DNA of 64,000 nt from an uncultured Ruminococcus sp. (GTDB taxonomy: Bacteria; Bacillota; Clostridia; Oscillospirales; CAG-382), in the NCBI GenBank assembly GCA_964571635.1, contig CAZNCN010000006.1:838-64837 (forward strand). Reading direction: 5' to 3'. The notes below the pieces were generated by a model, which ran no database searches, had not been told where the DNA came from, and saw only the letters and a program-made list of their open reading frames with translations. Within the stretch, counting starts at the first letter, position 1. Every line of letters starts with the position of its first letter. The position numbers and the translations under genes are program-made. Shown here piece by piece: positions 16,881 to 26,703 of the stretch.

Positions 16881-19367
16881 TCAATCCTTGGCTTCAAACC
16901 AGTTTTTGCCTGTGCCGCAGTCGGATATAAGCGGAACAGAAAGCTTTAAAGCGTTTTGCATACAGTCGACCAATATTTTTTTAGCCTCGTCGGCCTCGTT
17001 GATCGGAGATTCAACTATCAATTCGTCGTGTATCTGCAATATGAGCTTTGCCTTAAGTCCTCTGCTTGCGAGCTCGCGTTCGACACTTATCATCGCAAGC
17101 TTGATTATGTCGGCAGAAGTGCCCTGTATCGGCGTGTTTTTAGCCACTCGTTCACCAAAGGCGACGAGCTGCTTTTTGCTCACCGAAAGCTCGGGAATAT
17201 ATCTGCGCCGTCCGAGCATGGTGGTGACAAAGCCATCCTTTTTTGCCTGCTCGACGGTAGAGTCCAAAAATGTCTTTACGCCGGGATACCTTGCAAAATA
17301 GCCCTCGATATATCTCGCCGCTTCACGCTTTGAAACGCCGAGATCACGCGAAAGCGAATAATCGCCCATTCCGTATATTATGCCGAAGTTGACAGTCTTT
17401 GCTCTGCTGCGCATCTCGGATGTGACAAGCGCCCTGTCAACGCCGAACACCTGCGAAGCGGTTATGCTGTGCACGTCGTCGCCGTTTATGAATGCATTTT
17501 TGAGCGTTTCGTCGCCCGATAGGTGAGCGAGCACACGCAATTCTATCTGTGAATAGTCGGCATCGATCAGCACGCAGCCGTCGGCGGCTCTGAAAAAGCG
17601 CCTTAGTTCTTTGCCGAGCTCTGTCCTGACGGGAATATTCTGCAGGTTTGGTTCTGCCGACGAAAGCCTGCCCGTCAGCGTCATGGTCTGCTTAAAGGTG
17701 GTGTGTATCCTGCCGTCGTCCGATCTTATTGCAAGCAGCCCGTCGCAATAGGTCGACTTGAGCTTTGCGAGCTTGCGGTAGTATAATATCATGTCAACGA
17801 TAGGGTGCAGGAAGCGCAATTCTTCAAGCACCTCTGCACTCGTGGAATATCCGCTCTTTGTCTTTTTGCCGTGGGGCAGCATAAGCTCTTCAAACAGCAC
17901 GTTGCCGAGCTGCTTTGGCGAGTTGATGTTAAATGTGTGACCTGCCGCATCGTATATTGCCGCTTCTGCGTGCAATAATTCAGCACCTAATTTTTCAGAG
18001 TAGTCAACCAAGCCGTCACGGTCGAGCAAAAAGCCTGTCTTCTCCATCTCAAACAGAGTTTTTGCAAGCGGCATCTCGAGATCCTCATAAAGCTTTTTTG
18101 AGTCCTCGGTCTGCTTTGCAAGCAACGCCACCTTGAGAGGAGCGAAAAGAGAAACATCGGTGAAGGATGTCTGTATGCCGAGATATGACAGTGTAAGCTT
18201 GCTGAATTCAACGCCGTTGTCTGACGGCGAAATGACATATGCGAGCAAAGAAAGATCGACTACGTCGCAGGTGGGATATATATTTATTTCGTCAAGCGAA
18301 TGCAGAATGTCCTTGAAACTGAAAACACACATTTCACCGCTCTCAAATACAGAATTGTCAAGCGAGTGAATGTCGCAGCAAAGCACCTCGTCACCACACG
18401 CAAATATGCATTTGCCGTTCGAGATGTCGAGGCACGCCTGCCTGCTTTGTATCGCCTGCTTCAGCCTGTCAACATCGCATTCCGTGGGCTCGGGTGCGGT
18501 GTGCGTTTTGGCAGGCGGCTCGCCCAGGGAATCAAGCATACGCTTGAATTCAAGGCGGGTATAAAGCTCCCTCAGCTTACCGTCGTCATAGCCTTTGTAG
18601 GTGTATTGCTGTAAATCATCGCTTATCGGCGCATCAAGGCGTATCTCTGCAAGATAGCGTGAGATATACGCAAGCTCTCTGCCTGCCTCAAGCTTTTGCC
18701 TGAGCGCACCCTTTGTTTCGTCGATGTGCTCATAAACACCGTCGAGAGTGCCGAACTGCGAAATGAGCTTTTCTGCGCTCTTTTCGCCTATTCCGGGAAC
18801 TCCGGGAATATTGTCAGAGGCATCACCCATGAGCGACTTGACCTCGATGAGCTGACGCGGAGTCATTCCGATATGCTCTGATGCTATGCGCTCGGGAGTC
18901 ATTATTTTGGTTTCGTTGTTGGAAAGAAGCCTGACCGTGGTCGTTTCGCTGACCAATTGCAGACTGTCACGGTCGCCCGTGACGATATAGCATTCAACGC
19001 CGTTTTGTGCACAGAGCGCCGAAAAAGTGCCTATTACATCGTCGGCTTCAAAGCCCTCGCACTCTGCGACAGTGAGCCCCAATGCCATAGCCAACTGCTT
19101 TGCATATGGCAATTGCTGCGCAAGTTCGTCGGGCATACCCTTGCGGTTCGCCTTGTATTCACTATAATATTGGTGCCTGAATGTCTTTGCCTTGAGATCA
19201 AATGTCATGCACGCAATATCAGGCTTGATCTCCGACAGCTCATGGGTAACGATGTTGGCAAAGCCATAGCAGGCGTTGGTGGGCAGACCGTCCGCAGTCG
19301 ACAGCGGACGCACACCGTAGTAGGCGCGATTCAATATGCTGTTGCCGTCAAAAACTATGGCTCTCAT
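16881..19367 (-). CDS. polA: DNA polymerase I
   Basis: 5'-3' exonuclease (DGNS, YKANR, EADDVIG, GDASDNIPG) plus Pol A motifs (TGRLSSAEPNLQNIP, DYSQIELR, QIHDEL). Confidence 0.98.
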   Translation of the reverse strand: MRAIVFDGNSILNRAYYGVRPLSTADGLPTNACYGFANIVTHELSEIKPDIACMTFDLKAKTFRHQYYSEYKANRKGMPDELAQQLPYAKQLAMALGLTVAECEGFEADDVIGTFSALCAQNGVECYIVTGDRDSLQLVSETTTVRLLSNNETKIMTPERIASEHIGMTPRQLIEVKSLMGDASDNIPGVPGIGEKSAEKLISQFGTLDGVYEHIDETKGALRQKLEAGRELAYISRYLAEIRLDAPISDDLQQYTYKGYDDGKLRELYTRLEFKRMLDSLGEPPAKTHTAPEPTECDVDRLKQAIQSRQACLDISNGKCIFACGDEVLCCDIHSLDNSVFESGEMCVFSFKDILHSLDEINIYPTCDVVDLSLLAYVISPSDNGVEFSKLTLSYLGIQTSFTDVSLFAPLKVALLAKQTEDSKKLYEDLEMPLAKTLFEMEKTGFLLDRDGLVDYSEKLGAELLHAEAAIYDAAGHTFNINSPKQLGNVLFEELMLPHGKKTKSGYSTSAEVLEELRFLHPIVDMILYYRKLAKLKSTYCDGLLAIRSDDGRIHTTFKQTMTLTGRLSSAEPNLQNIPVRTELGKELRRFFRAADGCVLIDADYSQIELRVLAHLSGDETLKNAFINGDDVHSITASQVFGVDRALVTSEMRSRAKTVNFGIIYGMGDYSLSRDLGVSKREAARYIEGYFARYPGVKTFLDSTVEQAKKDGFVTTMLGRRRYIPELSVSKKQLVAFGERVAKNTPIQGTSADIIKLAMISVERELASRGLKAKLILQIHDELIVESPINEADEAKKILVDCMQNALKLSVPLISDCGTGKNWFEAKD

Positions 19368-19513
19368 TCTTTTACCTCGGTGAAATCAAATTATGCTCTG
19401 TCATTGTCAATCATATCACAAGCCAAGCGCGATTGTCAAGGGCGTATCGGAGCAATAGGCAAACTCGCCGAAAGTCCTTAAAAACAAAAAATGTTTAACA
19501 AGCAACAAGACGC

Positions 19514-19911
19514 AAAAAACGACCACCCAAAGGTGGTCGATTTTTTATGCGGCTGATGGGACCGCGCGTACCGCGCTGACTGCTTGCGGCATAGCCGCTG
19601 CGCACCATTTTGCTGAAAACAACTCACCGAGTTGTTTTCTCAACGCAAAATGCCCCCTTGGTTTAGGCCGTCCGAAACAAGAAAACTCACGGTTTTTAGC
19701 GGATCTTTCGCGCGGCAGCTGCCCAAAAAGCCTTGGCGGTACGGTCAAGTATCACCTTCGCCTTTTTGGTTGCTGCCACACAGAATCTCTCGCTAAAAAC
19801 TGCTACGCACCGTTGGCGTATTTTTTCTTGTCTCGGACGACCTTTCAAGTCCCCACACATATAAAAAACGACCACCCAAAGGTGGTCGATTTTTTATGCG
19901 GCTGATGGGAC
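19514..19911. repeat. Perfect 49-bp direct repeat (19514-19562 and 19863-19911) made of the tRNA-Leu 3' end plus terminator, enclosing a 300-bp palindrome-rich insert
   Basis: Both copies read AAAAAACGACCACCCAAAGGTGGTCGATTTTTTATGCGGCTGATGGGAC. Confidence 0.92.
19863..19895 (-). terminator. Intrinsic terminator of tRNA-Leu (duplicated at 19514-19546)
   Basis: CGACCACC/GGTGGTCG stem flanked by A6 and T6. Confidence 0.85.
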
Positions 19912-19976
19912 TTGAACCCATACGGTTGCCCACACGCCCCTCAAACGTGCGCGTCTGCCAGTTCCGCCACAGCCGC
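19897..19976 (-). tRNA. tRNA-Leu(GAG)
   Basis: GCGGCTG acceptor stem, D-arm GGAACTGGCAGAC, anticodon loop TT-GAG-GG, long variable arm, GGTTCAAGTCCC; CCA not encoded. Confidence 0.95.
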
Positions 19977-20082
19977 AGATATGTCTGCTCTCGCGAGCGC
20001 AAGATATATTATACTCATATTCTGCGATTTGTCAAGTACTTTTTTGCAAAAAATATAAAGATGCCAAAGCTTTTGTGATTTG

Positions 20083-20280
20083 TCAAATATCCTCAAAAAA
20101 TACGTCATCGTATGCGACGGGCGGGGGAGGTACTATTTTGAGCAGATCGGCTTTAAAATCGCCGCAGCAGCCGCGTGCCTTGACCAGTCCGCGCTTTTTG
20201 CAATAGCACGCATCGGTATTGCCCATAGTGGTCGACTGCTCGCAGTTAGCACATATGCGTTCGATCTTTTCTTTTTTCAT
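20083..20280 (-). CDS. Small Cys-rich hypothetical protein (possible Zn binder)
   Basis: GAGGTG RBS; CANC...CYC...CCGDF pattern; 65 aa. Confidence 0.7.
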   Translation of the reverse strand: MKKEKIERICANCEQSTTMGNTDACYCKKRGLVKARGCCGDFKADLLKIVPPPPVAYDDVFFEDI

Positions 20281-20327
20281 AACATTCACCTCGTTCAAAA
20301 CGATTATATATTGCTTTCAACGTTTTG

Positions 20328-21164
20328 TCAAGCAAAAAACTCATAGAGCGCCATCAAACCGCACATGAGCGCACCCGAAATGACCCTCACTGCCAAAAAC
20401 GGCTTTGCAGACAATCTGTTTTCCAATACTGACTTGACCTGTGCCGTCACGCACAGTCCGCCGAAGCCGCATATTATCGCCGTGGCTTTAAGGTCGCCCT
20501 TTGCCGAGGCGACACCTGACGAAAATTCAAATATTCCCTTTAATATTGCCGCAGTTCCTTCGGATAAGCATATATATCGTTGCAGCAGTGCCATCGGCAG
20601 GCTGAAGAATATTATCATTCCGCAGACACCAAGGCAGTTTATGCACGCACCCTTTATCGCGGCAACGACACTTTTTCTGCTTTCATTGGCATATCCGCAC
20701 TCAAAAGGCATAAAGCAAAATATCGCAACCGATATTGCGATCTGCGAAGCAAGCATTATTGCGGCTGCGATGCTGTTTTTTGTCGTTTCTGCGACAAATC
20801 CCATCATAAACGATGCCGAGACCGAGCCTGAGCAGGCACAAAACATTTCTGCGCCATTTTTGTCGACTGTGCCTGTATCATAAAGCCTTTTTGCCGTCAC
20901 AGCGCCGTTGGGAAATCCGCACAGCATACAGATGACAAGCAAAAGCACCGTTCTTGCTTTTCCGCTTATGAATTTCGGCAAGGGCATATCCGCCGCCAGC
21001 GATGATATTACCATGCCCACGAACACCTGCGGAATTATCGTCCTGCCGCAGAACAGCAGGCTGTCATAGACCGACCCGCTTATTTCGGACGGCATTAATA
21101 CGCACAGCAAAAGCATGGCGAGCGCAAACGCCGCATACAGTGCTTTGTTTATCTTTCTCCTCAT
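20328..21164 (-). CDS. YlbJ-like sporulation integral membrane protein
   Basis: LCGFPNGA, GIFEFSSG, GFGGLCVTAQV motifs; multi-TM; divergent from yqfC/yqfD. Confidence 0.75.
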   Translation of the reverse strand: MRRKINKALYAAFALAMLLLCVLMPSEISGSVYDSLLFCGRTIIPQVFVGMVISSLAADMPLPKFISGKARTVLLLVICMLCGFPNGAVTAKRLYDTGTVDKNGAEMFCACSGSVSASFMMGFVAETTKNSIAAAIMLASQIAISVAIFCFMPFECGYANESRKSVVAAIKGACINCLGVCGMIIFFSLPMALLQRYICLSEGTAAILKGIFEFSSGVASAKGDLKATAIICGFGGLCVTAQVKSVLENRLSAKPFLAVRVISGALMCGLMALYEFFA

Positions 21165-21208
21165 AAAATCACCGTTCAAAGTATATTATTATCCGAGGTG
21201 ATTTATTA

Positions 21209-21418
21209 TTGATGGGCAATACCTATATCGAAATGCGTGGCAGGAACGAGCTTTTTTGTCAGGGTGCTGCCGAGCTCGAAACCTACACCGAAACGCTCGT
21301 CGTGATGTCGACTGTTTCGGGCAGAATAGCCATCAGCGGCACAGGGCTCAGGCTTTGCTATATGTCGGATGACCGAATAGTCATTTCGGGCGAGATAGAG
21401 GGATTTAAATATGAATAG
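21209..21418 (+). CDS. YabP/YqfC-family sporulation protein
   Basis: Short beta-rich protein (ISGTGLRLCYMSDDRIVISGEI) directly upstream of yqfD; GAGGTG RBS. Confidence 0.8.
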   Translation: MMGNTYIEMRGRNELFCQGAAELETYTETLVVMSTVSGRIAISGTGLRLCYMSDDRIVISGEIEGFKYE

Positions 21419-22628
21419 CTTAAATGACATTTGCCAAAGGATTTTGGGCTATTACGAGGTGCTTATTCCTGCCGAATACAAGGCGATGCCGCTCATGCGG
21501 TTTTCGTCGATAGGGGTATATTATTTTGATGCAGTGCCCACAGACGGCGGAATAAAGCTCAAGATCTCTATATTCAGCATGGCACGTGCCGTGGCTGCAT
21601 CACGGGAGCACGGCTTTGAAATGACAGTGACGGCAGGTGTCGGATTGCCGTTTTTGGTACACAGATACAGGCATCGCTTCGGTGTGTATGTCGGCACGGC
21701 AATTTTTTGCCTTATGCTGTTTGCATCACAGCTTTTTGTCTGGCAGATCGAGGTCAAGGGCAACAAAAAGCTTTCGGACAGCGAGGTAATGCATATTGCC
21801 GAGCACGCGGGAGTGTATGTCGGCGCATTCATACCCGACATCAGAGTTTTTTCGAGCGAATCGAAAATGCTTTTATCAGAGCAAGAGCTGTCGTCTGTCT
21901 CGATAAACATCAACGGTACGCATATCACCATAGAACTGATAGAGCGCGTACACGCACCTGAAATATATGATTTTGATCAGATATGCGACATTGTCGCCTC
22001 CGAGGCAGGGGTCATCACTAAAGTTGAAGCGGCGAGGGGTGCGCCTGTCGTCAGTGTCGGCGACAGGGTCACCAAGGGACAGACATTGATAAGCGGCGAT
22101 GTCGTGACAGACGAGGGATATCGATATTATTGCCGTGCCTTTGGCAATGTTTATGCCGAGATTGAGCATGATTTTGTCGGCAAGGTATACATCGAGCTTA
22201 CCTGCAAGCACTATACGGGCAGGACGCAACACAAAAGATCGGTGTCGTTTATCGGGCACGAAATATTCGGGCAAAGCGGCGAATGCGATTTTGAATACTC
22301 CGACTGTCGCAGCATCGGCAGAGAAATAAAGCTCTTCGGCATGTCGACTGCCATAACAGTCACAGATCTATATTACAGCGAGTTTGAATATTCAAGCTTC
22401 ACCATTGACAGTCAGTCGGCAAAAAACAGATGCCTTTTGCTTTTAAAGCAGCACATCGATGCTATCGACGGCGAGGTCAAGAGCAGATATTATGAGATAA
22501 ACAAAACAGGTGATGCGTACACGATCAATGCACACATCACCGTTATTAAAAATATTGCACTTGCTAAGCGTCAGTCTATTATTCCGCCTTCGAGCCCGTC
22601 TGCGAGAGAAAGCAACGAAAGCACATAG
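21411..22628 (+). CDS. yqfD: Sporulation protein YqfD (SpoIV family)
   Basis: GLPF..RYRHR, TM, WQIEVKGN, DIVASEAGVI, GDRVTKGQTLISG. Confidence 0.85.
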   Translation: MNSLNDICQRILGYYEVLIPAEYKAMPLMRFSSIGVYYFDAVPTDGGIKLKISIFSMARAVAASREHGFEMTVTAGVGLPFLVHRYRHRFGVYVGTAIFCLMLFASQLFVWQIEVKGNKKLSDSEVMHIAEHAGVYVGAFIPDIRVFSSESKMLLSEQELSSVSININGTHITIELIERVHAPEIYDFDQICDIVASEAGVITKVEAARGAPVVSVGDRVTKGQTLISGDVVTDEGYRYYCRAFGNVYAEIEHDFVGKVYIELTCKHYTGRTQHKRSVSFIGHEIFGQSGECDFEYSDCRSIGREIKLFGMSTAITVTDLYYSEFEYSSFTIDSQSAKNRCLLLLKQHIDAIDGEVKSRYYEINKTGDAYTINAHITVIKNIALAKRQSIIPPSSPSARESNEST

Positions 22629-23980
22629 ATCTGGAATGCTTTTGCCATGTCACTGCGCTTCATCTGCTCGTCACGCTGATGAGCGCCGCCGACATCGGAA
22701 TCACTGTATTGCTCGGGCAATACCGCACCGAAGGCAACGCAGTTTTTGAGCTCACGGGCATATGTTCCGCCACCCATGGTATAAGGCTTGCACTCTTTGT
22801 CGAGCACGAACGAGCATGCATCGCAAAGCGAAATGATCTTTTGGTCGTCGGCAGAGAATCTATATCCCTTGTTTATGCCGAAGCTGACTATATCAGAGCC
22901 GTATTGCGACAGGCTGTTCCTGATGACATCCTGCATACCGTCCTCATTGACACCGGGGATGGCACGGATGTTGAAAACAAGCTTTCCGTTGCCGTTTTCA
23001 ACTCTTATCATGCTGGCGACGCAGGTAAGATAGCCAAAATCGGCATCGGTGTGCGCTATGCCGAGTATCTCGCCGAGATAGCTGTGGCACGCCTTTGAAA
23101 CAAGCTCGAGCGACTTGCAGTCGTATCCGTTTGCGATGAGATAATCAGCCAGCACGCCGATTGCGTTTATGCCTGTTTCGGGCATGGCGGCGTGTGCACC
23201 TCTGCCGAGTGCGGTTATAACAAAGCCGCCGTCTGCTTTTTTGACTGTGATGCCGTCGGCATCGTGCAATTCGCGGTCTGTCTTGACGAACGCTTCTGCC
23301 GAGTCGGGCACTGCGTTGCTGACTATGCCGCCTGTTATATAAGCTATATCGCTGTCGATGTCTTTAAGTGATACCTGCAGGCCGACGATGTTCTTTTCGC
23401 CGATGCTGACGGGAAATTCAGAGTCGGGAGTGAACGAGAACCAGGGCGCTTTTGCCACGCTCGAATAATAAACGAGGTCGCTCGAGCCGACTTCTTCGTC
23501 ACTGCCTGCGATCATCTTGAGTGCAAAAGGCAGTTCGATGCCGTTCTCTTTGAAATAGCGCAATACATAAAGGCCTATCAAAAACGGCCCTTTGTCGTCC
23601 TCTGTGCCTCTGCCTATATATCTGTCGCCGTCTATCGTAAGCTGATAGGGGGGATATGTCCAGCCGCCGCCGCAGGGAACGACATCGAGGTGTGCAACTA
23701 TGCCGACGTCACGTTCTGCATCGCCGTGGGTGATAGTGCCGCAGTGATACTCATAGTTGTGTGTGGCAAACCCATAGCGTTCACCAAGCCCGAGGGCTGC
23801 CTCGAGTGCTTGTGCAGCCTTTTTGCCATACGGATATATACCGTCCGCTTCACCTGCCACGCTGTCGATGGCGATGAGAGCTGCGAGATCCGACTCAAAC
23901 TGCTGCCTTATGTCGGGACGGTCAAAATATTCAAGTGCGTTTTTGATTATAGAATGCTTATCCATTGTTTTCTCCGTCAT
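22571..23980 (-). CDS. M20 dipeptidase (PepV/Sapep family)
   Basis: AHLDVVP, GRGTEDDKGP, DEEVG, GGGTYAR, AHQRDE. Confidence 0.9.
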   Translation of the reverse strand: MTEKTMDKHSIIKNALEYFDRPDIRQQFESDLAALIAIDSVAGEADGIYPYGKKAAQALEAALGLGERYGFATHNYEYHCGTITHGDAERDVGIVAHLDVVPCGGGWTYPPYQLTIDGDRYIGRGTEDDKGPFLIGLYVLRYFKENGIELPFALKMIAGSDEEVGSSDLVYYSSVAKAPWFSFTPDSEFPVSIGEKNIVGLQVSLKDIDSDIAYITGGIVSNAVPDSAEAFVKTDRELHDADGITVKKADGGFVITALGRGAHAAMPETGINAIGVLADYLIANGYDCKSLELVSKACHSYLGEILGIAHTDADFGYLTCVASMIRVENGNGKLVFNIRAIPGVNEDGMQDVIRNSLSQYGSDIVSFGINKGYRFSADDQKIISLCDACSFVLDKECKPYTMGGGTYARELKNCVAFGAVLPEQYSDSDVGGAHQRDEQMKRSDMAKAFQIYVLSLLSLADGLEGGIID

Positions 23981-24536
23981 TGTTTATTGTGCTTTGTATG
24001 TCCGAGAGCCCCGCTTCGATGTCTGCAATAGCCCTCTCAAGACCGCCCGAGATCTCTCTCTGGCGGCGTTCGAACGCTTCTGCCGCACGCTCTATTGCTG
24101 CGCAGCGCTCGCGTGTATCCGAAATAATGCGCTTTGCCTCTGCCTCTGCCCCAGACTTTGCCTTTGATGTGATGTCGTCGGCACGTTTCTCGGCTTCTGA
24201 AATAATATCATTTGCCTTTTGCTTTGCGGCATCGACTATTGCAGCCGCACGCTCGTCGGCAACATGCATTTTTTCGCCCATTTGAGCGCAGAGCGATGCA
24301 TATTTGCCGTCAGACTCTGCTATGCGTGCCTCGAGTGAATGCCTTGTCTCATTGTGAGCGGCTTTCTCTGACACGAGCAGATCTTCAAGTTCCTTGATGC
24401 GTGCACGCAATTCACGCGCGGCATCGCCGTATTCTTTGATCTTTTGCTCGCTGTCTGCGACAAGACCGACGATAAACTCATCGACCTCTTTGGTATCATA
24501 GCCCTTAAAGCGTTTGTTGAAATATGCAACTGCCAT
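23958..24536 (-). CDS. DivIVA-domain coiled-coil protein
   Basis: FNKRFKGYDTKEVDEFI N-terminal motif followed by coiled coil. Confidence 0.8.
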   Translation of the reverse strand: MAVAYFNKRFKGYDTKEVDEFIVGLVADSEQKIKEYGDAARELRARIKELEDLLVSEKAAHNETRHSLEARIAESDGKYASLCAQMGEKMHVADERAAAIVDAAKQKANDIISEAEKRADDITSKAKSGAEAEAKRIISDTRERCAAIERAAEAFERRQREISGGLERAIADIEAGLSDIQSTINNDGENNG

Positions 24537-25306
24537 CAGCATTTCCCCCAGCCAATAGTTATTCTGTGCGGCAAGAGCTTTGCCAGCACGCGGTATAGCT
24601 TGAATAAAAACCTGTTTGTATAACTGTGCCTGCCCCTGCGCGCGTATTTGACCGATTTCATCGCAACTTCTGTCGCATTGCAGCGCGGCAATGTGTCAAA
24701 TTGCTTCGACGCACCCTTGCTTATGCCTGCGACAGGCAGAAATTCTGTTTCCATAGGCCCGGGACAAACCGCAAAAACATTTATGCCTCTGTCCTTTAAT
24801 TCATAGCGCAGACCGTCGGTGAACGACGAAACAAACGCCTTTGTTGACGAATAGACAGTCATGCGGGGATTGGGCTGGAACGACGCTATCGAAGAAACAT
24901 TGATAATCGTCGAACCCTTTTGCATATATTTAAGCGTCATGGCGGTGACAGCCGTCAGTCCGCCGCAGTTTAATGCTATCATCTGCTTTTGCAGCAGCAT
25001 ATCAAGCTCTGCGACATCGCCGAGCCTGCCGAAGCCGGCGTTGTTGATGAGCAGTGCAACATTCGGTTCACGCTCTGCCATAATGCTTTGCAATGAATTG
25101 AGAGCGTTGTCATCTGTCAGGTCGCAGCTTATAGGCACGATCGTCTTGCCGTGCTCTGATCTCAGGGATTGCAACCTGTCGAGTCTGCGTGCGATGACCC
25201 ATATCTCGCCTATGTCGTCGCAGGTGCTGTCGACGGCTTTAAAGAATTCTATGCCAAGCCCGGCAGAAGCGCCGGTGATGATGGCTATCTTTTTGTTATC
25301 GTTCAT
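24536..25306 (-). CDS. Short-chain dehydrogenase/reductase
   Basis: TGASAGLG, NNAGFG, YSSTK catalytic motif, CPGP. Confidence 0.92.
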   Translation of the reverse strand: MNDNKKIAIITGASAGLGIEFFKAVDSTCDDIGEIWVIARRLDRLQSLRSEHGKTIVPISCDLTDDNALNSLQSIMAEREPNVALLINNAGFGRLGDVAELDMLLQKQMIALNCGGLTAVTAMTLKYMQKGSTIINVSSIASFQPNPRMTVYSSTKAFVSSFTDGLRYELKDRGINVFAVCPGPMETEFLPVAGISKGASKQFDTLPRCNATEVAMKSVKYARRGRHSYTNRFLFKLYRVLAKLLPHRITIGWGKC

Positions 25307-25440
25307 AAATGACCTCGTATGACCTCGAATCTTTTCGATTATTCTTTCGACCTTATTCGCTGCTATTTATATTATTTTACCACAAAAGCCCAAATAATCA
25401 AGAGCAAATAGCATAAAAATAAAGAGAGGAGGGCACAAAA

Positions 25441-26703
25441 ATGCTTTTGGAAGTGCGAGATATGCTCTGGGGAACATTAGGAACCGTCCTCCTGATAGCG
25501 GCAGGACTGTATTTTACTGTCAAAACACACTTTGTTCAGCTCGACGTTTCGGGCAATTTAAAGGGCATAAGATCTGTGCTGTGCAAAAAGAGCGGCTTTG
25601 CCTCTGCCGCCACCGCTCTCGGAGGAACTATCGGCGCGGGCAGTGTCGTGGGAATATCGATAGGGCTTGCCGCAGGCGGAGCAGGCAGCGTATTCTGGAT
25701 GTGGGTGAGCGGTTTTTTTGGTATGGCGCTCAGATATGCGGAGACAAAATATGCCTTTTCAGACCGTGTCATGACAAAAAACGGATATATCGGCGGCGCT
25801 ATGGTCAGCCTTGAAAGGCAGGGCAGCAAGTCAAGTGCAACAGTTTTTTGCATTGCGGCGATATTTGTTTCTCTCGGAACGGGCAATATGACGCAGGTTG
25901 GCTCTGTGGCATCGTCGCTCGAAGCACTCGGCGTTGACAGATACATATGCGGCTTGGCTGCGGCACTCGTATTCGGCATAGTCGTGCTTGCCGGCAAAAG
26001 AGCGATACTTGCGGCAAATTCAGTGCTTGTGCCATTATGCTGTGCCGTTTATCTTTTGAGCCTTTTGCCTGTGCTGACGGGAAATATAGGCCGCATGGGT
26101 GATGTGCTTTGCGAAATATTCGGGTCAGCGTTCGGCATCGATGCGATGACAGGCGGCTTTACCGCTTATGCGTTTTCGCGTGCAGTGCGTGAAGGGATAT
26201 CACGCGGAGTTTTTTCGAACGAAAGCGGAATGGGCTCTGCTCCGCTTGCCTATTGCGCGTCCGATGCTGCAGATGCAGAGGCACAGTCAAGGCTCGGCAT
26301 AGCCGAAATATTTACCGATACCTATATTATTTCGACACTCACCGCACTGTGTCTGCTGTGCGGAGAGTTTGATAGCATTTCCGAAATGATGCTGTGCTGC
26401 TATGGCAGGGTCGGCGAAACGGCACTCGCCGTGATGTTGTGCGTGTTTGCACTCGCATCAATGCTATGCTGGCATTATTACGCTTCGGTCTGCATAGATT
26501 TTATACCGCACGGCGATATACCTGGCAGGGTATATCCGTGGCTGTCTGTGATTGCGGCGTTTTTGGGAGCGGTCATTCCGCAGTCGACCGTCTGGGCGAT
26601 CGCCGATATATTCAACCTTTTGATGGTATTGCCCAATCTCTATATGCTGTTTTTGAAAGTGAGGAAAGTCAATGGCGATAAATCGGATATCAGAAGTCTT
26701 TAA
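25441..26703 (+). CDS. Alanine/glycine:cation symporter (AGCS family)
   Basis: ALGGTIGAG, GGAGSVFWMW, RGVFSNESGMGS, LMVLPNL. Confidence 0.9.
   Translation: MLLEVRDMLWGTLGTVLLIAAGLYFTVKTHFVQLDVSGNLKGIRSVLCKKSGFASAATALGGTIGAGSVVGISIGLAAGGAGSVFWMWVSGFFGMALRYAETKYAFSDRVMTKNGYIGGAMVSLERQGSKSSATVFCIAAIFVSLGTGNMTQVGSVASSLEALGVDRYICGLAAALVFGIVVLAGKRAILAANSVLVPLCCAVYLLSLLPVLTGNIGRMGDVLCEIFGSAFGIDAMTGGFTAYAFSRAVREGISRGVFSNESGMGSAPLAYCASDAADAEAQSRLGIAEIFTDTYIISTLTALCLLCGEFDSISEMMLCCYGRVGETALAVMLCVFALASMLCWHYYASVCIDFIPHGDIPGRVYPWLSVIAAFLGAVIPQSTVWAIADIFNLLMVLPNLYMLFLKVRKVNGDKSDIRSL

Noticed and set aside
19514-19911. Possible CRISPR array or intact prophage/ICE
   Set aside because: Only two repeat copies 349 bp apart, derived from the tRNA end and terminator; no cas, integrase or phage genes
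19545-20078. Short ORFs over the tRNA-Leu region
   Set aside because: They overlap the tRNA and palindromic sequence and show no protein-like features
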